The notes beneath the pieces were generated by a model, which saw only the letters and a program-made list of their open reading frames with translations, was not told the DNA's origin and ran no database searches. A DNA stretch of 34,310 bases from Malacoraja senta. Lineage: Eukaryota. The number at the start of each line of letters is the position of its first letter. The stretch's first letter is position 1. The stretch spans positions 1 through 34,310 of the forward strand of contig JAXLNO010003516.1 in NCBI GenBank assembly GCA_038087875.1. Reading direction: 5' to 3'. Positions 22,332 to 32,470 of the stretch are shown in pieces. The position numbers and the translations under genes are program-made.

Positions 22332-22775
22332 GGTAGACAAAAATGCTGGAGAAACTCATCGGGTGAGGCAGCATCTATGGAGCGAAAGAATAGGTGACCT
22401 TTTGGGTCGAGACCCTTCTTCAGACTGATGTAGGGTGGGCGGGTGTGGATGGGGCAGGAAGAAGAAGAAAGGAAGAGGCGGAGATAGTGGGCTGTGGGAG
22501 AGCTGGGAAGGGGAGTGGAAAGAGGGAGAAAGCAAGGAATACCTGAAATTGGAGAAATCAATGTTCATACCGCTATTTCAGGTAGTCCTTGCTTTCTCCC
22601 TCTTTCCCCTCCTCTTCCCAGCTCTCCCACAGCCCACTGTCTCCGTCTCTTCCTTTCTTCTTACCCCCACCCACACATCAGTCTGGAGGAAGGGTCTCGA
22701 CCCGAAACGTCACCTATTCCTTCGCTCCATAGATGCTGCCTCACCCACTGAGTTTCTCCAGCATTTTTGTCTACC
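22332..22775. repeat. About 200-bp-arm foldback made of inverted Penelope-like terminal repeats
   Basis: Arms 22332-22549 and 22575-22775 are reverse complements around a 25-nt loop; the loop's reverse complement encodes SGMNIDFS, the Penelope ORF C-terminus. Confidence 0.8.
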
Positions 22776-22944
22776 ATTGGTGTCTAAACCCATGACTGTA
22801 AGCTTCAGGGAAGAGCATCTGGTGACTTTACCTGGTCTCGTTATGTGACTCCAGGCCCCCAGTCATGTAGCCGACCCTTATCAGCTCTGAAATGGCCCAG
22901 GGAAACATCCAGTTCAAAGGCGGTTGTGGACAGGAAACAAATGT

Positions 22945-23250
22945 TAGTTCACTTCACTTGCACCTCCTCCAACCTCATCAACCTCAAGGTGTGGACTCTT
23001 ACACATCTGCGAGACCAAACGTAGACTGGGCGATAGTTTCGCTGAAAACCTTCGCTCAGTCTGCCTGGACCAACCTGAACTTCCGGTTGCCAAACACTTT
23101 AATTCCCCGCCCCATTCCCACAATTGACCTTTCTGTCCTGGGCCTCCTCCACTGTCAGAGTGAGATGAAACACAAATTGGAGGAACAGCGTCTCATATTT
23201 CACTTGGACAGCTTACAACCCAGCAGTATGAATATTGATTTCATGAATTG
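22945..23250 (+). mobile_element. Penelope-like element, GIY-YIG endonuclease C-terminal fragment (frameshifted)
   Basis: HICETKRRLGDSFAENLRSVCLDQPELPVAKHFNS (degenerate YIGET...HFN), then DLSVLGLLHCQSEMKHKLEEQRLIFHLDSLQPSSMNIDF. Confidence 0.82.
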
Positions 23251-23975
23251 TTTCCATGTACCAGCTACACTAGTCCCACCTGCCTGTGTTTGGCCCACAT
23301 CCTTCCAACCATGTACTATCAATGTACCTGTCCAACTGTTTCTTAAATATTGGGATAGTCCCAGCCACAACTACCTCCTCCCGCAGCTCATTCCATACAC
23401 CCACCACCCTCTGTGTGGAGAAGTTACCCCTCAGATTCCAATTCAATCTTTTCCCCTTCACCTTGAACCTATGTCCCTCTGGTCCTCGATTCCCCTACTC
23501 TGGGCAAAGGACTTTGTGCATCTACCCGATCTATTCCTCTCATGATTTTGTACACCTCTATAAGGTCACCCCTCATCTTCCTGCGCTCCAAGGATTAGAG
23601 TCCCAGCATACTCAACCTTTCCCTATAGCCGACCCTGAAATCCTGGCAACATCCTCATGAATCTTCTCCGTACCCTTTCCAGCTTGTTGACATCTTCCCA
23701 ATAACATGGTGCCCAGAACTGAACACAATACTCTAAATGTGGTCCCATCAATGACATATAATAGACAATAGACAATAGGTGGAGGAGTAGGCCATTCGGC
23801 CCTTCGAGTCAGCACCGCCATTCAATGTGATCATGGCTGATCATCCACAATCAGGAGCCCGTTCCAGCCTCCTCCCCATATCCCCAGACTCCGCTATCTT
23901 TAAGAGCCCTATCTAGCTCTCTCTTGAAAGTATCCAGAGAACCTGCCTCCACCGCCCTCTGAGGCAGAGAATTCG
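23250..23975 (-). mobile_element. CR1/HER1 3' fragments
   Basis: KRLNWNLRGNFSTQRVVGVWNELREEVV, plus a HER1 3'UTR with an atagacaatagacaat tail. Confidence 0.75.
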
Positions 23976-24472
23976 CACAAGACCTCTCAACTTCTATACT
24001 CAATACTCAGACTGATGAAACCCGATGTGTCAAAAGTGTTTTTGACCACCCTATCTACCTGTGACTCCACCTTCAAGGAACCATGCACCTGTACTCCTAG
24101 ATCCCTCTGCTCTACAACACTCCCCAGAGGCCTATCATTGTCTGTCATGTCCCCAATGTCTTTTCCCCGAGGTGTGTTCCTCCAATACCGGCCCCGTGGG
24201 ATTTCCTGCAATGTCTGGCCCTCGGACTTACGCCTTTTGGATCAGGTGCTGGTGTTGACTCTTCAGTATCTGTTGTATCCTAATCTGAACCTGTCCATGT
24301 ACTCCTCTCCTGATGCGTTTTAGCCCAATATCTGATGTATTTGGTGCACTCATAGAGTCATAGATTAATACAGTGTGGAAACAGGCCCTTCAGCCCAACA
24401 CGCCCACCACCGGCCATCAATGTCCCAGCTACCCTAGTCCCACTTGCCTGCACTTGGTCCATATCCCTCCAA

Positions 24473-25195
24473 CATGTCATCTTGGGGAACGGCTGCTAAC
24501 CAGCAGCCGTCCGTTAATTTCACTTTTTGCTTTAGTTTTTAGTTAACTATGTCTGTCTTTCCTGGGGAATTTGACTTTTCTTGTGGGGGGGCAATGGGGG
24601 AAACTATTTTTAGGTCCCTACCTGGTCGGTGAGGCGGCTTTTTCTCCAGGCTGCCCTGTCGACCCGTCCTTGTGGCCTACCAGCGATCCTGGAGCGGCGT
24701 TTCCTGGCGGGGACCGCCTCGCACCTTCAGCTTTGGTGGCGGCACAGCGCTGGAGCGCTATTGCGGAGCGGAGCGGGCGATGCCTTGCCTGGGTCGCCGC
24801 GCTGGATCGATGCGCTGGAGTTCCGGTGAGCTGCGACCGCCGAGCTCAACACCTGGGGTTGGGGACTGGACATTGTGCCTTTCCCCACAGTGGTAATCAT
24901 TGTGGGGGATGATTTTTGTGTGTGTGTAAATGTTAATTGATTGTTTTACTTTATGTCCAAGATGGCTGCCGGGAAGGGGGAGTGGACGCTGGCGCGTATT
25001 AGCAACCGCTGCTCTCTCTTCCATACTGTGTTTTTGATTTTTGTGTTCGGATTGAATTCTGTTTTTATTTGTGTACTTGTGATGTCTTTACTATTTATTT
25101 TTTTCTGCTTGCATGTTTCTACTGTAAAATCTGTAAGGTGTCGTTGAGATTTGAAAGGCGCCCATAAATAAAATGTATTATTATTATTATTATTA
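24473..25195 (+). mobile_element. Non-autonomous retroelement with an L2-like (att)n tail, present only in copy B
   Basis: Absent from the paralogous position in copy A; ends gcgcccataaataaaatgt(att)n like the L2 at 12181-12247; GC-rich non-coding 5' part. Confidence 0.55.
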
Positions 25196-25601
25196 CCTGT
25201 CCAACTGTTTCGTAAACGATGGACTACCTCCTCTGGCAGCTTGTTCAATACACCCACCACCCTCTGATTGAAAAATGTACCCCTCGGATTTCATTTAAAT
25301 CTTTTCCCCTTCACCTTGAACCTATGTCCACTGGTCCTCGATTCCCCTACTCTGGGCAAAAGACTCTGTGCATCTACCCGATCTATTCCTCTTATGATTT
25401 TGTACACCTCTACAAGATCACCCCTCATCCTCCTATGCTCCATAGAATAGAGACCCTGCCTACTCAACCTCTCCCTGTAGCTCACACCCTCGAGTCCTGG
25501 CAACATCCTCGTAAAAATCCTGGCAACATCCTCAGCTGAAGTCCCTAAAGTGATGAGTAGTGATGATTAACTCCAAACATTTCATGTTCTTGTTATTTTC
25601 T

Positions 25602-25607
25602 TTTATT
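25602..25607 (-). terminator. Poly(A) signal AATAAA of the orphan TM2 copy B
   Basis: Position equivalent to 1014-1019. Confidence 0.55.
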
Positions 25608-26174
25608 TATGTATCAAATTTCAAATGAAAACATGCAGTTCAGCAGAAAAATTAAAAAAAATAAGCTGCAGACAATGAGTTAAACAACATCTGCTTTACA
25701 AAATCTGATTGAGCAAGTCCCCAAGCATCGGCCCCCCCTCCACCACATTGCTTCCTGTTCCTTCTCCCCTCCCCATGTCCCCTTCTTGCTCCACAATATC
25801 AGCGCATCCCTCCCCCTCCCACACTCCCCTCTCCTTCACTCATCACATTCCCACTCCCCTGCTCCCCTTCCCCAAACATTAATCCTGCCTTCCTCTCCCA
25901 CTCCTGAATGCCACCCACTCCAGTGTCTCATACCCTGACATTTTCCCACTGTCATGTCCTATCCTGTCATTCCCTCCCCCCCCCCCATCAGTCCCAACCG
26001 GTTTCTTCCCCAGCATCCCCAGTGCATTTCCAAGTTTATCTCCTGAAATGAGCGTTTGCAGTACAGTAGCCTCGGATTGCCGAGTGAGTGAATGAAAGAC
26101 AGGGAGACTCCATTTGCCAACGTCAGCAGCTGCATGGCGATCTCTTGAGTGAATGTGGCGTGTGTGTCGGCTGG

Positions 26175-26186
26175 TCATTGCTGCAC
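26175..26186 (-). CDS. IgW: Second (orphan) TM2 exon coding VQQ-stop
   Basis: Acceptor and GTG CAG CAA TGA identical to 1613-1624; no TM1 found between 26276 and 34310. Confidence 0.65.
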   Translation of the reverse strand: MQQ

Positions 26187-26859
26187 CTGTAATATACACA
26201 GGAAAGTCAGACATTGTGTGTGGCAAGGTGCAGCACAGATGGTGATCTGTAGGGACAGGCAAACTAAATAACAGAGTTCACTGCACCACCTGCTGCAGTG
26301 AACTCTGGGCTGGGGTCAGCGCTCAGGGGTCACAGTGTGGGGTCGGAGGTCAGAGGGTGGGAGTCAGTGGTCAAAAGGTCACACCAGCAGTTCCCCAACC
26401 TCAGGCCCGTCCTGCGCTGACCTCAGGGTCAGGGGTCAGCTGAGTGGAGTTAGAGGGCAGGGGGTCAGAATGAATGGCTTCCCCGAGATCACGACGACCC
26501 TTGTATCCTGAACGAGGCCAGGGTCAGAGGTGAAGTGGTGGGGGTCAAGGTTAAAAGGCTGGGCTTCCCCGACTGGTCAGGTGTCAGTCTGAATGTGAAA
26601 GGTCAGGGGTCAGCAGGTGTTGCAGTGAGTTTGGGGGGTGGTTTTGGGGTTGAGGGTCACTGCCAAGGTGAGAGGTCAGTGCGGGGGAGGGGCAGTTGTA
26701 ACCGGTTCCACTGAGGAAAAAAGGCCATTCACCCATCAGCCGTCTACTGTCTCCTTCACACTCGCTCCGCCAAGCCGACCTTACTCTTCAAAGCTGAGCA
26801 ACCATTTCTTAACAAGCAACACCAACTGCAAAGTCCATGCAGATTCAGATTCCACGGAA

Positions 26860-27145
26860 AGGTCGTAAGAGATAGGAGCTGAATTAGGCCATTCAGTCCA
26901 TCAAGTCTACTCCGTCATTCAATCACGGCTGATCTATCTTTCCCTTTCAACACCATTCTCCTGCCTACTCATAACCCCTGACATCCGTTCTAATCAAGAA
27001 TTTATTTATCTCTGCCTTAATAAGGCCATTGACTTAGCCTCCATGGCGGTCTGTGGCAATGAGTCCCACAGATTCACCACCCTCTGACTAAATAAATTCC
27101 TCCTCATCTCCATCCTAAAGGAACGTCCTTTCACTATCTCCCACT
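26860..27145 (-). mobile_element. HER1/CR1 3' end fragment
   Basis: ttcaatcacggctgatctatc...gattcaccaccctctgact...; same family as 2440-2700. Confidence 0.7.
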
Positions 27146-27674
27146 AGTGGAACATTGCGAAAGTGGCCTTTCACAAAGTAATGTAAATTTATTAAAGACG
27201 GATCAAACAAAGTTAGACACAAAAATCTGGAGTAACTCAGAGGGACAGGCAGTATCTCTAGAGAGAAGGAATGGGGGATGTTTCAGGTCGAGACACCTTC
27301 CTCAGACAGTCGGGAGAGGGTCTCAACCTGAAACATCACCCATTCCAGAGATGCTGCCTGTCCTGCTGGGTTACTCCAGCATTTTGTGTGTATCTTCAGT
27401 GTAAACCAGTATCTACAGCTCACAGTGCCCAGAGCAAACACACATAATAGTAAGATTAAACGAGAACTTACCAGTTTGAAGTTTGATCTTTATTTTATGA
27501 GGAGTTACGTTGGTGATTACGTGAAGAAGGCCCGTCAGGGCGCATGCGCGTCAATCTTCAAAGCAGCGGTATGAAATCACAGACAAAACCATAATTGAAG
27601 TAACATATTAAGATGATCAACATGAGAACTACCATTATGACCTTTTTTCTATGAGAGAGGTTGGGCGTGGCGGG

Positions 27675-27786
27675 CACGTAATCACCAACGTAACTCCTCA
27701 TAAAATAAAGATCAAACTTCAAACTGGTAAGTTCTCGTTTAATCTTACTATTTTACTTCGGAGTCACGTGAGTGACTACGTGAAGA
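27675..27786. repeat. DIRS internal complementary region (ICR)
   Basis: 27675-27752 is the perfect reverse complement of 27446-27523 (78 bp). 27750-27786 is the reverse complement of the other terminus (about 31788-31824). Confidence 0.92.
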
Positions 27787-27995
27787 TTTTAAAGCTCTGT
27801 GATATTTATGCCGCAGATCAAAATCCCGGCTTCTCACTGCATCGATTGACTGAGTATCATCAATAATGCTGTAAACATGACATTGCATATCATGCAAAAA
27901 CAAAACAGTTTTATTTTTGGTCATAAAACAACCAATAACCCTCTTAATGTAGGGCAACAAATGAAACAGAATGAAACAGTATTGAAAAACAGACT

Positions 27996-28630
27996 TTAAA
28001 CAATAGCAACAGCACTCAATATTGAGTTAGCAAACAGCCCTCCATCGGCAATCGGCCGATGGTAGTATTCCTGAAACACAAGTTCATTTTTCCAACCTGC
28101 GGCTTTTAATATATGGTCGATGGGAACGTCCATCGCCCTGGCCGCGGATGTTGCTACTGCGCTAGTGGAATGAGATGTAAACACATAAATGTTAATTCCT
28201 GCCTGAACCAACTCTTGCTTTAACCACCTTGAGATAGTCTGAACTGCCACTCTTTTATGTTGGCTTTTTGTAACTGACAAATAATCCTGTTTCTTCTTGT
28301 CTTAAAGCCCTTGTGGCTTCAATGTAATGTAACAAATGTGTCCTTACACATAAACATGGAGCTGTAGGATATGCTGAGAACACAATCTTAAAACCTGTCA
28401 CACCTGGCCTGCTTTGTTTGAGCAGGTCAGAAATATAAAACAGAACATTCTCTGTATTCACTTCCATTCTCTCGAACTGAAGTTTTTTGGAAAGTCTGCA
28501 CTCTCTGTACTGACACCAATGCCATTAGCATAGCCAATTTCATGGTTAATTTTAACAAAGTTATAGCCGTGACAGGGACCCAATGACGAAGTATGTTACG
28601 AACAACGCTTACCTCGCAGATTACCATATA
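27996..28630 (-). pseudogene. DIRS tyrosine recombinase (frameshifted)
   Basis: TISRWLKQELVQAGINIYVFTSHSTSAVATSAA...ILKAAGWKNELVFQEYY. The catalytic H-x-x-R reads HSTS. Split over three frames. Confidence 0.88.
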
Positions 28631-29104
28631 CCTAGGCTTAGGCGGTTTGGAATTAGATTCCTTTCATCAACCTAGATATGAGAGGGTGAGAACCTATACT
28701 TTGTGTCCGTGTACCTATTACAAGATATGCGGACAAAGCACTTCTAGCTGTATTGATAGCAGTATAGCTAAGACCTTCATCATAATAAAGTGTAGATAAA
28801 CTCTAACACATTTTCAATAACTACAGTATCATATTGAATATTCTTTTGAACACAATATTGTTCCTTTTTTTTTTTTTTTTTTCATAAGTCATATACTGTT
28901 TTTGAGTACTCTTTCTCCAGACTGCAGCGAGTATATACACCGTTGGCCTAGAAAGTCCTCGACCAATGTAAGGCATTCTTGAAACCTGCAAATTAACAGA
29001 TCCATACCATCACATAACGGATGAACTTAATGCATTACTGGATGCTCCAGCAAATTCCTACTGTTTGGAATCAGCAAAAAGAGGTTGGATCGCTATCTGT
29101 AACA

Positions 29105-29275
29105 TCAAAGGGAACCATGGTTGAATCAGGCAATTTGGTATCACCAAAACCCCTGAAGCGGCATCCTGCTTGATTTTCTCAAACACCGACCTATGAGGCA
29201 GAATGGTGGGAAAATGTACACAAACATATCATCCCAATTTAGTGAAAAAGCATCAATTGCCACTGCCCCTGGATC
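29105..29275 (-). pseudogene. DIRS-encoded DNA N6-adenine methyltransferase-like domain (fragment)
   Basis: GAVAIDAFSLNWDDMFVYIFPPFCLIGRCLRK-frameshift-IKQDAASGVLVIPN...QPWFP, in the position known for the DIRS1 MT domain. Confidence 0.75.
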
Positions 29276-31178
29276 TGGTGCCTATGAAACATATTTTGGC
29301 CTTCCATATAGAAGTACTATGTTCTTGAACACATCCTGGTTCCACATCCACTCTGTGTTATGATGGAATTTTCGTGAGCTGCCATCTGGTACTACATTAA
29401 GTTTCCCTGGCAGATAGATAGCTCCAATCCAAATCTCTTTATCCCTACTCCAGGTCCAATTGTATTTGCCAACCTGTCACATGATAACGATTTGATTCCA
29501 CCCATGTGATTCATATCAGCAACTGCTGCAGTGTTGTCTATTTTGCACTGCATATGCAAACTAGTTTAGTTAGTGCCATAAGCCTTGAGTCCATAAAATA
29601 CTCTTGGTTAATTCCCCATGTTTGCAGAAGCAATGTTCATCTGTCTCCACCGCTGGATCTTGTATCAGTAGCACCCTACCGAAGTGCTCTGACATCTGTC
29701 TGCAAATCATGGAAGCTTGGTCCAATAACACTTTGGAACTACTAGTGGACATATGCTGAATCCACCATTATACATCAGCAACAGCCTCTTTTGATAGAAG
29801 CATAGGTCTATTATAATGACCCCAATGTATCCTCAATGCTTGTTCCTTTGACCTTTGTAATTGTAGATAATAAAGTGGCCATATTGAACTGCTGGAAATG
29901 CTGCCAGCCATTACCACAGCAGTCTTGTCACCTGGCTAATTGAAGGCTGTGCGTTAGCAATTAACTTGATATAGCTCTTAATTAGCTGTACCCTTTTTTG
30001 CCTGGGCAAGGTCACAATGATGTTGATTAAGTCCATTGTGAACCCAACTAGTCAATTTGTGTCACAGGTATAAATTTAGATTCCTCAGAATAGCTTATAA
30101 AGCCCAATTAAAATTGGTTTTTACCAACTGCCACTGATGCTTCAGCTGTTTCCTTTGATTGTCCTACAATCAAGATATTATTTAGCTAAGCCATGAGCAC
30201 ATGACCTTGACTTCTCATCATGCCTAGAATAGGTTTTAACAACTTTGTAATCCCTCTAGGAGCTGAAGACAAACCATTAGGCAGTGGATTGTATTGGCAT
30301 AATTCCCCATCCAGCTGAATTTTAAATCTTCTATCCTCAAATGAACAGACACTGAATCCGCATCTTTAAGATCTCCTTCACAAACATTTCCATCTTAAAA
30401 TGTCTATGCCGTACAAAAGGGTTAAACCTATTCAGGTCTGTATAATTCTGCATCCCCCCATCCTTTTTTGGTCTGGGAAAGATATTGGACACAAACTGAT
30501 GGCTTTGGTAAACTGCCTTAGCAATTACACCTTTATTACATAAGCTTGCAAGTTCCAGCTGAACTTCCAATTGTTCAGTGATACTGAAGTCAAACTCCTT
30601 TTTTGGAACATGTTGCATGGGTAAATCAGAATTTGCATTTAAGCTTTATTCGATGCCCTTGAATAACCTTCAGTATAAACATATCTGAGGTAAACATTTA
30701 ATTGTATCACATTAGATCTGTCTACATGAGAACCAGACCCTCTTACCTCCTTACCACCTGGCATTCTTCCCCGGCCTTGAGCTGGATATCTCACCTCCGT
30801 GGCGGTGCTACAGCCGAACGCCAACTGCGCTGCATCGTAGCTGGACTCGTCCCTTGCCCGGACCAGTCTGCTCCCTTATAGGGATACTTCCGCTTTGGTG
30901 AATATGTGGCTGCCGTCTTAGCCTCCTCCTCCAGCTCCTTCACCTGCTGTGCGAAATCCTCGCCAAACAGCTGTGCCAGTTGCACTGTGCCAGGCTGGCA
31001 TTTATGCTGGTGGCAAGTTCCTCACCCAGAGACTCACCAGCATCCGACGACATGGCAAACCGTGCTGCACACGGTGTCAGCTTCTGACAGCTGCCTGCCC
31101 TCCCTTTGGAAGTCGTCGGACTCAGGGTCAGAGCGTATCTGCCCTTCTGCACTCACCTCTTGCAAAGAGGGTGCTTTC

Positions 31179-31420
31179 AAGCAGGCCTCTACTAGGCACT
31201 GCCAGCGGAGCCGTCCCCACGGCCTCCCGCCTGCACAACTCCTCCTGGAGTATGGCTTTATGAAGCAGGCCTCTCCAAGGCACTGCCAGCGGAGCCTTCC
31301 ATAAGGTTTCCCGCCTGCACAACTCCTCCTGGAGTTGTGGCTTTATGAGGCAGACCTCTCCTAGGCACTGCCAGTGGAGCCTTCTCTGTGGCTTCCCACC
31401 TGCACTACTCCTCCTGGAGC
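31179..31420. repeat. Three tandem copies of an 84-85-bp unit in the DIRS gag region
   Basis: Units start at 31179, 31263 and 31348 (aagcaggcctct..aggcactgccagcggagcc..cctgcacaactcctcctggag). Confidence 0.85.
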
Positions 31421-31849
31421 GTCTCTGTGGAGCAGCCCCTGTATGAGCTGCTCCTTTTGGATAACCGCTGGGGAACGGTATCCTGTCCCCGACGGGACTC
31501 TCGTGGCCCGACTCTGCGGAGTCTATAGCCGTTAACTTATCCCGACCGCCCGACTGGCGTTGGCTGTGTACCCGGCTGGGCACTTTCTGAAGTCTGTCGC
31601 CGCACCGCTACCGGCTTGCGACTCCCCCGAGGTGACAGGCTGCCTTTCAGAGACTGCGTCCCGCAGCTCTCTCTCTAATTGTCGGCAGCAGCCTGCACCT
31701 CTCACGTTGCAGAAGGAGCTCCGAGCTCCCACTGCCGTTGTCGCCAATGCGTCCGACGTAATGACGCGCATGCGCCCTGACGGGCCTTCTTCACGTAGTC
31801 ACTCACGTGACTCCGAAGTAAAATTGATGGTACCCTCCCCTAATTCTCC

Positions 31850-32470
31850 ACTGTAGAGAAACAGGCCCTTCTGCCCTCCAAGTGCATGCTGACCATAGTT
31901 TTTGTAAATTACACTGTTGTGCAGGCAATAGATAAGAAAGTGGGATAACCTAGTTAGCTTGAGTTAACGTACAAACACGTATGTCTTTGAGATGTGGGAG
32001 GAAACCAGAGCACCTGGACAAATCATCATCATCATCGGCGGTCACTCGAAACGAGTATGACTGCCCTCTCCTCTCCATAGGGTCATCTACTTGTGGGTCT
32101 GCAGATGTCTGTAGAGGCCGATCCACGATCCACACACCTTGGTGCAATGTGGGCAGTGGAGACTGGCGGTGGTTGGTAGTTGTCGTGCCCCCTTCTCTCT
32201 CTCCTTACGGTGCTGTCGCTTTGTCTCTGCGACACGGCGTAGTTTCATTTCGTGACGAGCAGCTCCTTCCTGTACGGAATTCCTCCAGGAGTGCCTGTCC
32301 AGTGCAATGAGCTCCCAGTTGCTTGATGTGATGTGGAATTTCTTCAGACTGTTCCTGGACAAAACTCACGCGGTCACAGGGAGAACATGCAAACTTCACA
32401 GACAGCACCTGAGGTCAGGATCATACCCGAGTATATGAGGCAGCAGCTCTACCTGCTGCACCACTGTGCC
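31850..32470 (-). mobile_element. HE1/V-SINE-like SINE interrupted by an RTE fragment
   Basis: V-SINE-like core gtttgcatgttctccctgtgaccgcgtgagttttgtccagg|tgctctggtttcctcccacatc, split at cctggacaaa. Confidence 0.7.
32023..32353 (-). mobile_element. RTE-clade LINE 3' end with a 10-bp target-site duplication
   Basis: WELIALDRHSWR...CPHCTKVCGSWIGLYRHLQTH; (gat)n tail; TSD cctggacaaa at 32013-32022 and 32354-32363. Confidence 0.85.

Larger units (their letters stand above)
21948..26275. repeat. Segmental duplication copy B (TM2 exon, 3'UTR and about 3.6 kb of downstream flank)
   Basis: 21948-22715 matches 33543-34310; 23227-26275 matches 1-1713 apart from indels. Confidence 0.92.
27446..31824 (-). 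mobile_element. DIRS1-type tyrosine-recombinase retrotransposon, full-length, ORFs decayed
   Basis: Minus-strand order: gag-like, RT (IFPRPKKDGG..DLNRFNPFVRHRHFKME; YLDD decayed to *LNN), RNase H region, methyltransferase-like (IDAFSLNW..YIFPPF), tyrosine recombinase. Has inverted terminal repeats and an internal complementary region; AAT at both ends. Confidence 0.93.

Noticed and set aside
22892-23545. 217-aa plus-strand ORF
   Set aside because: Chimeric read-through of a frameshifted Penelope fragment into the antisense strand of a CR1 fragment
27421-27448. CACAGTG plus 12-bp spacer plus ACACATAAT, an RSS-like motif at the DIRS insertion site
   Set aside because: Nonamer matches only 5 of 9, no V/D/J coding segment is adjacent, and heptamers at 5195, 16469 and 26332 also lack nonamers
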